DNA of 62,957 bases, the filler included, from Globobulimina sp. (Eukaryota): assembly GCA_003354225.1 (NCBI GenBank). It is 52 parts of 52 records of this genome, joined end to end, with 100 filler letters (N's around TTAATTAATTAA, not from the genome) between each part and the next. Parts side by side here need not be neighbours in the genome. Positions count along the whole stretch, not along the records: positions 24,265 to 25,377 come from PIVH01023174.1; positions 25,478 to 26,590 come from PIVH01023175.1; positions 26,691 to 27,803 come from PIVH01023176.1; positions 27,904 to 29,016 come from PIVH01023177.1; positions 29,117 to 30,229 come from PIVH01023178.1; positions 30,330 to 31,442 come from PIVH01023179.1; positions 31,543 to 32,655 come from PIVH01023180.1; positions 32,756 to 33,868 come from PIVH01023181.1; 44 more parts are not named here. The stretch is one strand, 5' to 3'. The translations under genes and the position numbers were made by a program. Shown piece after piece: positions 24,274 through 35,289 of this stretch. Every line of letters starts with the position of its first letter. Within the stretch, counting starts at the first letter, position 1. The notes below the pieces were generated by a model. The model worked only from the letters and a program-made list of their open reading frames with translations, ran no database searches and was not told the DNA's origin.

Positions 24274-24888
24274 TCAAGGAATTCCAGAAGCGACCAAAAT
24301 TATTTCTTTCGCATTCATAACAGTTTGAATACCGACTGTTAATGCGGCCTTTGGAACTTCTTCTGCAGTTTTAAAAAAACGGGAATTATCAATTATCGTT
24401 TCCTCTGCTAATATTTTTGAGCGAGTCAATGATTTCATAGAAGAGCCAGGCTCATTAAAAGCAATATGGCCATCTCCGCCAATTCCACATAAAAATAAAT
24501 CGATGCCACCTGCTTTCTTAATTTTGTTTTCATATTCTTCACATTCAATAATCGTATCAGCGCACATTCCATTTAATAAATTTATATTTTGTCTGGGAAT
24601 GTCAATATGATCAAAAAAATGTTTATACATAAAATATTCATAGCTTTGTTCATGTGATCCATCTAAACCTTCATATTCATCCATATTAAATGTTATTACA
24701 TTTTTAAAACTGATTTCGTTATTTTTATGGAATAAAATTAAATTTTTATAAACGCCAATTGGTGTACTTCCAGTGGGTAATCCTAATACAAATTTTTTAT
24801 GCTTTGGATGAGTTAAAATCTTATTTTTAATGTATAACGCAACCCAGTAACAAGCATCAGCATAGGTATCTGTCAAAATGACACGCAT
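24274..24888 (-). CDS. nagB: Glucosamine-6-phosphate deaminase, C-terminally truncated near contig edge
   Basis: FVLGLPTGSTP, TFNMDEY, GGIDLFLCGIGGDGHIAFNEPGSS, ALTVGI. Confidence 0.95.
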   Translation of the reverse strand: MRVILTDTYADACYWVALYIKNKILTHPKHKKFVLGLPTGSTPIGVYKNLILFHKNNEISFKNVITFNMDEYEGLDGSHEQSYEYFMYKHFFDHIDIPRQNINLLNGMCADTIIECEEYENKIKKAGGIDLFLCGIGGDGHIAFNEPGSSMKSLTRSKILAEETIIDNSRFFKTAEEVPKAALTVGIQTVMNAKEIILVASGIP

Positions 24889-25107
24889 TGATAAGTATTT
24901 TCAGTCAAGTTTTCAGTCGACAAGTATTATGACTGCTTCATCATGTCAGATTACTGACAAAATATAATAATTTCTGGCATTGAAAAAAACACAACAATCA
25001 TATTTGAAAACAACAATATTGATTAAAAAAAAATATTTATCAAACCAATTACGATCGAGTCATCGAATAACCATCTTATTTGCAACTGTTATTTCATTCC
25101 ACGAAAT

Positions 25108-25377
25108 ATGCATCAATCATTTTTACACTTAATTTTATCAACATTAATATTGCAAAATCCAATCAAAGGACAGACAGTGATTACCGGTGTGTGGTATGAT
25201 GATTTTGCACAAAATGCGACTGGGATTGATGGCTGGTACATTTACGAATGGGTAGATGCTGACACATTTACCTCATTAGGGAATCCATATATTGTAGGTA
25301 ATGGCGGTAAGAAGTATCATGGGCCTTTGTCAGGTAATACATATAATATATTTGAAAGAAAGTTTCAATGTGCCGCG
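25108..25377 (+). CDS. Secreted protein, 5' part
   Basis: Signal-peptide-like N-terminus; open to contig end. Confidence 0.55.
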
Positions 25378-25824
25378 NNNNNNNNNNNNNNNNNNNNNNN
25401 NNNNNNNNNNNNNNNNNNNNNTTAATTAATTAANNNNNNNNNNNNNNNNNNNNNNNNNNNNNNNNNNNNNNNNNNNNACAACTAATTAAAGATTTTATTT
25501 TGTTATATATTGGTAGGAAACATAAGGAATGGAATTAAGAAATTACATATTCATACAGTTTTTAATAAATTAAGAACATTTGATATTGATAAATATGAAA
25601 TGTCCAATCACTTCCCATCAACTTGAAAATGAACCAACCAAAAATACAAAACCAACCAAAGTAACAATTCGATCATAAAAATACAAAAAATAAAAATAAA
25701 AAAAAATATAAAGAAAAAATAGTGCTTAATTTAATATTAATAACATAATAATTCATAAAAAAACAAAGAAAACAATGGATGATTCTGTATTGTACACATA
25801 ACACATTTAAATAATAAGTTATAA

Positions 25825-26439
25825 TTAAAAATCGATTGTTGAGTCATCTCTTACTGGCTTCATTTCTGTTTTTTTGTGACATAAGAAACAAAGCATAATA
25901 TTGATTGCTACACTCACACCAAATAATAACCAAATATTTAGCAAACTAAAAGTACCAAAACCTAAACTTAATATATATTCGCCATGGCCATGGCCACCAT
26001 CCTCTGCATTTTCATTATTATCATCAATATCATTATGCGCCGCGGCCGCAAATAATGCTTCATCTGAACTCTCTGAAACTGAATTCGAACCACCTTTTTT
26101 TCTTCTTCTTTTTCTTCTTCTTCTTTTTTTAGATCCACTCTGGGAAACATCATTTGAACCATCGTCTGACTGTCTGAATCTGAACCATCGTCTCACTGAA
26201 TATGAATATGATGATGAATCTGATGAATCGGTGGGATCTTTTGTAGGTTTAAATGTAGGGGCATTTGTAGGGTATGCTGAAGGGGCCTTTGTAGGGACAG
26301 TTGAAGGGACCTTTGTAGGGGATGCTGAAGGGACCTTTGATGCCGGCGTAGGTGCGGCTTGTGTAGGCTTAATAGAGGTAGAGGAGCTTTTAATATGTGT
26401 TACACCGAATATTAATGCTATTAATAATAAAACTTTCAT
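25825..26439 (-). CDS. Type I membrane protein with PT/PS repeats
   Basis: Signal peptide, PTKAPS repeats, polybasic patch, C-terminal TM helix. Confidence 0.75.
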   Translation of the reverse strand: MKVLLLIALIFGVTHIKSSSTSIKPTQAAPTPASKVPSASPTKVPSTVPTKAPSAYPTNAPTFKPTKDPTDSSDSSSYSYSVRRWFRFRQSDDGSNDVSQSGSKKRRRRKRRRKKGGSNSVSESSDEALFAAAAHNDIDDNNENAEDGGHGHGEYILSLGFGTFSLLNIWLLFGVSVAINIMLCFLCHKKTEMKPVRDDSTIDF

Positions 26440-26843
26440 CTTTTTGTGTTAGACGCTGTTTGTCCTGTAAATGTACATTAAATTTAAATTAAATTAACTC
26501 ATTGTGTTTTGCAGTACGTATACCTGTGGCGCTACAAACACAAACCAAAGGAATACAGTTTATATTGAAATAAAAAGAATTTATGATTTANNNNNNNNNN
26601 NNNNNNNNNNNNNNNNNNNNNNNNNNNNNNNNNNTTAATTAATTAANNNNNNNNNNNNNNNNNNNNNNNNNNNNNNNNNNNNNNNNNNNNATTTGGATTT
26701 GTTTTGTTTTCGTTTTTAAGAGTTATCCAGTCCTTCAGTTTACTTTTATGCCTTGGAATGCCGCCCTTGGAATTAGTATGTTCAAAAAATGCTGAGAAAA
26801 AAACGTTACAGTGCCATGATAAAAGCAAACTAGTCTTGAAATA

Positions 26844-27803
26844 ATGGCAGATGGATTTAATGCTGCAAACATAGAGACAGTTCAATTAAAATTGCAGCAA
26901 CTAATTGAATTAAACACTACCGAGAAAATCAACAAGAATGGAAAAACATATTTAGAAACAGATACTATTTTAAAATTGTTGGCTGAGTCCATAAACCCAC
27001 ACAAATCAATAAGAACCACAAAGTTAACATTTGTTTGCATTGTTTTTGAAAACGAAATATATTATCATCAAATATCAGAACTGTTCACTTTATTGATTCA
27101 ACCCAACTGCAAAAACAAGAAGAAAAAAATGCAGACTTTGATGAATTGACTGTGCAATGTGATGATGATCGGAATGATGAATCAAATAAAGCACAGATTA
27201 AAATTGATTGGACGGGCTATGCTGTGGATCATTTACGATATGAAGAAGATGAAAAATTACAATACTATTCGAATAAAGATTTATTTGTCATTTTATCCAA
27301 ATATTTATTCATTTATTCTTTGCCTGGGAATGGAAAAGGTGAACCCCGCACATTTGCAAACAAATTATCAATCATTCGAATATTAAACAAATATGATTTG
27401 GTATTAATAGCAGCGCAACAAAGAGATTATACCACAAAGCAATATGTCAAGTGTTTATTGCCAGTCTCAGGATGGATATATTTACCACAATCAACCATAC
27501 ACAAATGGATAAATTCTGATAAATTGCTTAATGAGAAGTTATCGACGCGTATGGATGGCTCATTGAGTACGATTAACATTGACATTGACATAGTAAATAT
27601 CGTCGATTATAATTTATCACCAAAAAATGGAACCAATTACAAATACATAAATATCGATGAATTATTTGCTGATCAGCATGAAATTAATGAATTGCATGAT
27701 TCTCTATGGAAGCATTTACAAAATAAAGATTATAAAAATATAGATTTTTTAGGCCAAGAAATTGCTCCCTTTACTCATCCTTTACCTCAATGTATCTTTA
27801 AAA
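26844..27803 (+). CDS. Hypothetical protein, two exons; intron 27023-27078
   Basis: GTTAAC..CAG intron joins the two ORFs in frame (TTK-TVHFIDSTQLQK). Confidence 0.6.
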
Positions 27804-27903
27804 NNNNNNNNNNNNNNNNNNNNNNNNNNNNNNNNNNNNNNNNNNNNTTAATTAATTAANNNNNNNNNNNNNNNNNNNNNNNNNNNNNNNNNNNNNNNNN
27901 NNN

Positions 27904-28656
27904 CAAAAACAAGAAGCCAGGCAATGTGCAATAGACACATTGAATAATTATACATTCAATAAACGAACAGAAGTATCAATCCGAATAAATCCGGTTTCCT
28001 CCGGCTTAGCAGAAGCTGATATTGATGCCATTTTATCTGCCAATATAATGCCAAATGCAATCTGTTTACCCAAAGTTCAAAAAGCAGATGAAATCGCATG
28101 GCTAAGTCTAGAAATAACGAAACAAATTGGCTCTAAAGGAGATGACATAGAAATCATTGGAATGATTGAAACTCCCAATGCTGTGTTGGATGCATATTCA
28201 ATTTGCAATGCAGATCGACGACTAACTGCAATTGTATTTGGTGCGGATGACTATGCAGCGGAAATAAATGCGACTCGAACAGCATCAAATCATGAAATAA
28301 TGTTTGCGCGCAACTTTACTTTGTTGAATGCCAAATGTGTTGGTTTGGATGTTATTGACATTGTAAATATAAACTTTCGCGATGAGGCTATATTTTTACA
28401 AGAAGCACGAGAAGGATTTGAAATGGGCTTTACAGGGAAACAGTGTATCCATCCAATCCAAGCGGAATTGGCACAGAAAGCATTCTCTCCGACGGATGAA
28501 ACTGTTCAATGGGCTGTCAAAGTGGTCCATGCATTCGATAATCAAACGTCTAAAGGTGTTGGTGCTTTTGAATTGGATGCGATAATGATCGATATGCCGA
28601 CGGTTAAACAAGCACAAAACATATGCACTCGGGCAAAGGCTTGTGGATTATTATAA
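27904..28656 (+). CDS. CLYBL: Citrate lyase beta-like / citramalyl-CoA lyase (CitE family), 3' part
   Basis: IRINP, LPKV, MIETP, FGADDY, GFTGKQCIHPIQ, MIDMP. Confidence 0.93.
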   Translation, partial: QKQEARQCAIDTLNNYTFNKRTEVSIRINPVSSGLAEADIDAILSANIMPNAICLPKVQKADEIAWLSLEITKQIGSKGDDIEIIGMIETPNAVLDAYSICNADRRLTAIVFGADDYAAEINATRTASNHEIMFARNFTLLNAKCVGLDVIDIVNINFRDEAIFLQEAREGFEMGFTGKQCIHPIQAELAQKAFSPTDETVQWAVKVVHAFDNQTSKGVGAFELDAIMIDMPTVKQAQNICTRAKACGLL

Positions 28657-29116
28657 TTTACCATTCTTTGTTCCTAATATAATGATATGATGATATTACG
28701 TTTACAAAAAATTGTCAAACATATATGAGCCCACACACATATGATTTCAGTGATTTGTGCTTTCTGAACTATTGCTTGGATCCCCTAAAATGTGGGAATG
28801 CTCCGTAGCATAAGTTGATTGACTAACTATCGGTTTTTGACATAAAAGCGCATCTAAACAGGTTGAATGTCCGGCTTAGCAACAGGTCAGTAAAATTGGT
28901 GGTGTTGAGAAACACCTGGTAAAAAATAAAATAATTATATACATGTACAAAAAAATTGAATGCTGAGTTTAGTTTTTCTTTTTTCCTTTTTTTTTTGGCG
29001 ATAATGGGGCATTGATNNNNNNNNNNNNNNNNNNNNNNNNNNNNNNNNNNNNNNNNNNNNTTAATTAATTAANNNNNNNNNNNNNNNNNNNNNNNNNNNN
29101 NNNNNNNNNNNNNNNN

Positions 29117-29334
29117 TTGGGAGCGAAGGCAGTGATAATTGGCAATGCAATCAGATTGGAACAGGTAAATACTAAATATACAATGCCTATGGATATGGCA
29201 CCAACATCTCCATTTTTACTGGTTGCAAATGAGGACGACGCAGACCATCCAGAAAATACTAAAAAAAACGAGATAGACACAATTAATGTGTTACGTTCGG
29301 CGACAGAATTAAGTGGGAAAAGAGTCTTAAGCAT
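29117..29334 (-). CDS. UNC-93-like MFS membrane protein, 5' part
   Basis: RNTLIVSISFFLVFSGW..G.ISIGIVYLVF...P. Confidence 0.75.
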
Positions 29335-29381
29335 TGTTGATATGCTTAAACCCAACTAAGTTTTTGCCCCTTTAACACAAA

Positions 29382-30229
29382 ATGAACCATGCTGTCAGGA
29401 AAAGACGGTCAAAATTATTGATAAGTGGATACGTTAGAAAATATAGCTCTCAATACATCCATAGAGATATTATTAGTGTCATTCATGCATTCCATTGCAT
29501 AATATATAAAATATTGGAATTGTATTCGATTGGTAAAAACAGATATGGACAACAAGGGAATGGAGGAAACGAAGATATTCAAAAAATCACAAAAATAAAA
29601 ACATTTAAAAAACAAATACAAAATATTGTTACTTGTGGTGATATTTATGGTGTAGCAGCATATATTTTATTTGATGATGAAACCTATGAATGTTGCGGTT
29701 ATAATGGAATGGGTGTATTAGGTGTTGGGCATTGTAATAATATTAATATATGGCATCAAAGAAAAGATATGAAAATAAAAAATATATTCTCAGCACCAAA
29801 CGGATCATCTCATTCATTTTGTATTTCAAATGAGAATAAATTATATGCGGTCGGACGGAATAATAAGAATCAATTTGGTATACAAACAAAGACAGCAAAT
29901 AATAATCAATGGACACCAATTAATACATCATTATCGATTCAAAAAGTAGCCACAGCAGGGGGGTATACAATATTTTTAAGTGATAATGGTAAAATATATG
30001 TTGCTGGTTATGATTGGGATGGTGGTGGTTTAGGATTAGGTAAAGATATTAAATCATCACCAAATATTCAAGAAATTCAAATAAAAACAAAATTTAAGGA
30101 TATATATTGTGGATTGGCACATACCTTAGCAATTGCTGATAATTATGGTGTTTGGTCGTGGGGCAATGGTAAATATGGTAGGTTAGGTCATGGCGATGGT
30201 AATAATAGATATTCACCAACAAGAATACA
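29382..30229 (+). CDS. RCC1-repeat protein (partial)
   Basis: GKNRYGQQG, CGYNGMGVLGVG, CGLAHTLA, VWSWGNGKYGRLGHG. Confidence 0.92.
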
Positions 30230-30329
30230 NNNNNNNNNNNNNNNNNNNNNNNNNNNNNNNNNNNNNNNNNNNNTTAATTAATTAANNNNNNNNNNNNNNN
30301 NNNNNNNNNNNNNNNNNNNNNNNNNNNNN

Positions 30330-30971
30330 ATTGTCATTATTGATTAATACTGTGATAATGGCATTGATTGATACGGTGTTTTTCTTGCTATTTGGTATGG
30401 CGTTGAATATATTTAATGCAACAGCGGGGTCACAAAAGCGCCCATAAGCATTCATTAATGCTGTTTGGATAAAAATATCATCGATTTTTAGTGGAGATAA
30501 TAACTTGTGAATAGATCGTAATTGATTGTATCTGGTACAGTTTGCAATTAATTGTGAAATATTTTTAGAAAAATCAACGGATTCAAACGGTTTTAACTGG
30601 TAATCGTTACATTTCATCCATGATAATATTTGAATACATTTTTGCAATTTGATATTGAAATTCTTATTATCGTTAACACAGTGGCAGTGATGATGGAGCA
30701 ATAATGGATAAGAAATGAGTGTTGATTTGGTTTTATTTGTTGGTTGGTTTAAGTTCTTAATATCATTCCAAATTATTAGTGAATGTTTTTGATCAAATTT
30801 ACAATGTTTGGATAGATTTAACATTGTATTTATAATAAAATGATTTTTTTCTTGAGATATATTGTTGTAAATTTCAAAAGCCTTTTGCAATATATTTCCA
30901 TTTTGATGGTGACCTAAATCTTGTTTAGTATATAAATTTTTGATGAGTTGCGTCGCCTTTGTATTGTTCAT
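30330..30971 (-). CDS. Pentatricopeptide-repeat protein, 5' part
   Basis: DIFIQTALMNAYGRF..ALNIFNAI..KNTVSINAII. Confidence 0.85.
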
Positions 30972-31151
30972 TTTATTTCAAGTTACGCTAAAAAAAATGT
31001 TACTTACCAATTTCGCAATGGCAACCAGAGGGAAAGCAAACAAACATCTGACTTTTGCATAAATTTAGATTAAATTGAAAAAATGATTAAAAAGAAAAAA
31101 AACAACGAAACAAATAGCCACTTTAGCTTGTCAACTGATACTGATATTCTT

Positions 31152-31442
31152 TTATAGCCCTTCATGATCAAAATGATCATCATGACCATGAGGACTTTCA
31201 CTGCTAAATGTTTGTTGTACAATCTCATCAAATTCTTGCTGTTTTGCAGTATAATCTTCATACTCCGCAATGTCTACATTATCATCCATCCATTCACCCA
31301 TTTCCCTACACATTTCCATCAATGCCTCGTAATCACTCTCCTCCATTTCCATCTCACTATTCTTATCATATAATTTACTTTTTAACCCAAACACAGAACT
31401 TTCCAATTTATTCCTTGCTTCCGTCCGCTTAATAACCTCCGC
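31152..31442 (-). CDS. Hsp70 family (BiP-like) C-terminal lid, ending HEGL
   Basis: TEARNKLESSVFGLK, EWMDDN..AEYEDY..KQQEFDEIV. Confidence 0.8.
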   Translation of the reverse strand, partial: AEVIKRTEARNKLESSVFGLKSKLYDKNSEMEMEESDYEALMEMCREMGEWMDDNVDIAEYEDYTAKQQEFDEIVQQTFSSESPHGHDDHFDHEGL

Positions 31443-31542
31443 NNNNNNNNNNNNNNNNNNNNNNNNNNNNNNNNNNNNNNNNNNNNTTAATTAATTAANN
31501 NNNNNNNNNNNNNNNNNNNNNNNNNNNNNNNNNNNNNNNNNN

Positions 31543-32655
31543 GGTAACTCACAAAAAAGTATAACCACAACAACCGCAACAGAAACAGCAACAGCACCAG
31601 CAACAACAAGTAATGCTATATCATCGGTATCAATGTCTGAGTATGGCGCAGGTGATCAGTTACCAGTTAATACAATCAATCATTATGAGCCTGCTCGTTG
31701 TGTAGATGCCAACTGGCAGACCAACAGTACCATTTTTGCAACGGGATCGGCGTCAGTCTCGCTATGGGACATTAATAGGAACCATTCATTGCATAAATTT
31801 ACACAGTCACCTGAACAGGTCACCGACTTAGCATTCAACCCGGGACAGCATAACATTTTAGCCGCCTGCATGCAAGACAGCAAAATTTCTTTTTACGACA
31901 CCAGATCCAAGACACCAATGCCTTACATTACATTACTTGTTTAGTTATACATTTACATTTACATTGTCAGCAAATAATAAACATAAATCGATCCATAGAA
32001 TTGGGCAAATGAGATCCGATGGAATCCAATCGATCCGCGCATCTTTGTGATTGCGACCAATGATTGGTGTTGTTATACCTTTGATATTCGTCATAGTGCG
32101 CGGGCCATAAAGACGCACCGCGGCCACGTCGATTCTGTAACCACTGTTGATTGGAGCCCAGCAGGCAAAGAATTTGTGTCTGGATCGGTTGACGGCCATA
32201 TTCGAATTTGGAGATCGGATCATCAAACCGCCGATGCACTAAAAGTTGGATATTCGCGAGAATTATATAAAGGAAAAAGAATGTATCATTTAGAACAAGT
32301 CCGATGGACAAATGATGATAAGTATATTTTAAGTGGTTCAGCCGATGGTTGTATTCGTTTATGGAAATCTCAACGATCCCAACATTTGCATCATATTAAT
32401 GCGCGGCAAAGAGCCAGTATACAATACGCAAATAAGTTAGCTAAGAAATACCAACATATGCCTGAAATTGGATTAATTTCAAAATTTAGAAATGCCAAAA
32501 TTCCGCATAGGATACCAAGAAATGGTGTTTATTATAAAAAAGAAAGATTTGAACAAAATAAATTGAGAAAATTAAAAAGAAAAATTGTTTCAGAAATTGA
32601 CAACAATAAAGACATTGAAAAAAAACCGGGCAGTAAATGGAGTGTCAAAATGAAA
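31543..32655 (+). CDS. DCAF13: DDB1/CUL4-associated factor 13 / Sof1 (WD40); intron 31939-31998
   Basis: FYDTR, NEIRWNP, HRGHVDSVTTVDWSPAGKEFVSGS, SRELYKGKRM, YILSGSADGCIRLWK, KYQHMPEI. Confidence 0.92.
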
Positions 32656-32792
32656 NNNNNNNNNNNNNNNNNNNNNNNNNNNNNNNNNNNNNNNNNNNNT
32701 TAATTAATTAANNNNNNNNNNNNNNNNNNNNNNNNNNNNNNNNNNNNNNNNNNNNCAACCACAACTCAATTGGTGATGAGAAAAAGAATAAA

Positions 32793-33470
32793 TTGAAATC
32801 CAATCGCCAAGAAGATATAGATCCATTTTTCCAATGTTTTTATGAATGTTTAGTGATTTATAATGTATATAACAGCAATACGAATAGTAAAAAAATCGCA
32901 ATAAATGATTTGAGACAGTATTTAGAATTAATAACATCACGAAAAAGCACAATAAACGTATTAAAATTAATGAATGGAGTGATAATTTGGGTGAATAAAA
33001 TCAAAACAAATTCAATTCGATTAATATTGGCCGAATTAAATATTGATATATCATTATATGAATTTAGTCAGTTATTACAATGCATTCATTTACAAACACA
33101 GCACGCCGTTTGGCAAAGAATACAGAAAAATGATGAAAACCAAATTGCAGATAAACAGAATTTATCATTATGTATTCATATTTTACTATGCATTGCTATC
33201 AAAGATAAAAATGAAACTGGATCGCAACAAAAATATCCCAATACGCAAAATGATAAAATATATTCCAATTATTTAGATAAAATTGTAACATGTCTAATTG
33301 ATAGCTTTTTAAACTCAAACTCAAATTCAGATATTTCAGATATTTCAGATAATAAAAAACCATCGATATCATCACCATCTACAATTATTATGGAATTTGG
33401 TGATTTGGTGGAAAAGTTACCGCTTTGGTTATTGCATTGTGATAAATTGTTACAGTCGCAACAGTCATAA
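32793..33470 (+). CDS. Hypothetical helical protein (3' part)
   Basis: 225-aa ORF; no firm motif. Confidence 0.5.
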   Translation: MKSNRQEDIDPFFQCFYECLVIYNVYNSNTNSKKIAINDLRQYLELITSRKSTINVLKLMNGVIIWVNKIKTNSIRLILAELNIDISLYEFSQLLQCIHLQTQHAVWQRIQKNDENQIADKQNLSLCIHILLCIAIKDKNETGSQQKYPNTQNDKIYSNYLDKIVTCLIDSFLNSNSNSDISDISDNKKPSISSPSTIIMEFGDLVEKLPLWLLHCDKLLQSQQS

Positions 33471-33968
33471 GACGCATCCATCATATTTTTTGTTTTGAGT
33501 GGTTTGTGTGTGCTTTTCTGCTTTTCTTTTGTTGAATGTTTTTTAGTAGTTTTACTAGTTAAGTTGTGATGTGAATACACTATTTTTTTTCTTCTTTCGT
33601 CTCCCTCAAACTAAAACGTACAATTATCCAAAATAATAATTATCCAAAACCAGAAAAACAAAAATAAAAATTAATGATAATACAATCAAATAAAGCAAAT
33701 AAAGCAAAGAAAAGAAGAAGAAAACAAAAAGGAGCTAGGACGCCGACTTAAAGTTTGTTACATAAGACAGATGAAATAATGCACATAAAAAGTTGAGAGA
33801 CAGCAATAATAATTGAGATTATATTTAAAATTTGTAAATTATCTTTCAAATTATGTTCGATAATGATCNNNNNNNNNNNNNNNNNNNNNNNNNNNNNNNN
33901 NNNNNNNNNNNNTTAATTAATTAANNNNNNNNNNNNNNNNNNNNNNNNNNNNNNNNNNNNNNNNNNNN

Positions 33969-34383
33969 GTGTAATCTTCGTCTGTAGTGGCCGTTGGATA
34001 CCATATTACATCAATAAAATCCAACCATGTTGCTTTCCCAGCACCATACGTAATTACGTATGCATGATAATATGTGTTGAATCAGGCAAAAATAAATGAT
34101 GAGGATCAGTAAAATCAGTGATATGTTTTCCATTAATTGAAACATGTGGATCAGCCCATACATGGACATATGGGGTTTCTTTCTGATCGGGGTGCCACAC
34201 TTTGAACGCTTGATGAACAAATGTTATTTCATAACCACCAGGTGTTACAATTTTATTATCTTCTTTATAAAGATATAAACTTCCAACCAATAATGCTAAA
34301 ATTACTGTTGATTCATCAATCGTGCCACTTCGAATATGCATTGGTTTTAATAGTAATGCAATCAAAAAAATAAAAGATTTCAT
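33969..34383 (-). CDS. Secreted DUF1521/MIIA-like (D-P autocleavage) domain protein; frameshift at ~34055
   Basis: Signal peptide; IVTPGGYEI..HVWADPHVSINGKHITDF..FLPDSTHIIMHT, continuing VITYGAGKATWLDFIDV in the shifted frame. Confidence 0.65.
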
Positions 34384-34488
34384 AGCTGGTCTGACACTGC
34401 TTGACTTCGGATCGTTTGTTTTGAAGATTTTAAATGTTTTTTGAAGATTTTTAAAAAATACTAACTCACTTACAACACCACTCCGACC

Positions 34489-34851
34489 ATGTCATCAAAG
34501 GCTAACAATTATGAATTACCAACAACATCGGTTGCAAAAATTATCAACAAAGCAAATCCAAATATTAAAGTAAAAAAAGACGCCAAACAAGCCATATCTA
34601 AGGCAGCCGGAATCTTTGTATTATATTTAGCCCATAATGCGAATGAATTGTGCAAAAACTCAAATCGAGTGACCATCCAAGCAGATGATGTCTTAAATGC
34701 ATTGAATAATATTGAATTTGGTGAATTTAATGATGAATTAAAAAAAATCTTAGCTTCCTACAGAAGACAACAAAAACAAATCAAAGAATCGAAAAAACAG
34801 AAAAAAGAAAATGCAAAAAAATCCACAGCCACAACATCCAACGATCACTAA
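34489..34851 (+). CDS. POLE3: Histone-fold protein, DNA polymerase epsilon subunit 3 / CHRAC17 (Dpb4)
   Basis: LPTTSVAKII, KDAKQAISKAAGIFVLYL, RVTIQADDVLNAL..IEF. Confidence 0.85.
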   Translation: MSSKANNYELPTTSVAKIINKANPNIKVKKDAKQAISKAAGIFVLYLAHNANELCKNSNRVTIQADDVLNALNNIEFGEFNDELKKILASYRRQQKQIKESKKQKKENAKKSTATTSNDH

Positions 34852-35289
34852 TTTCAACCTTGTAACTGTTTTTATTCACTATTTAATTTATCCTTGCACA
34901 CCAATACAAGAATGAGTTTGTGAAAATGCATAATTTGACATGAATGGATGTATGATGTAAGAGGCACAAATTTATTACACAATAGCAACACAACAAAATA
35001 ATATAAAACAACACAAAAACAATCATCAAATGCCATAAAATTTCTTTTGGGTCTCTCAATTCCAGTATTTTGAAAAAACCTNNNNNNNNNNNNNNNNNNN
35101 NNNNNNNNNNNNNNNNNNNNNNNNNTTAATTAATTAANNNNNNNNNNNNNNNNNNNNNNNNNNNNNNNNNNNNNNNNNNNNCCACTGGGTCATCGCCTCG
35201 CCATGGTCGTGGAAGAGACCATCGTAGGCGCCCGTTGAGGTTTCGGCATAAGTCGGATTGGCGTGGATGTTCGTCGTGTGGCCAACGCC

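Noticed and set aside
27023-27149. Slippery A-run frameshift between overlapping ORFs
   Set aside because: A 56-nt intron joins the two frames
31939-31998. In-frame TAG in DCAF13 suggesting stop-codon reassignment
   Set aside because: Explained by a 60-nt GT-AG intron; conserved genes show no internal stops and end in TAA, TAG or TGA
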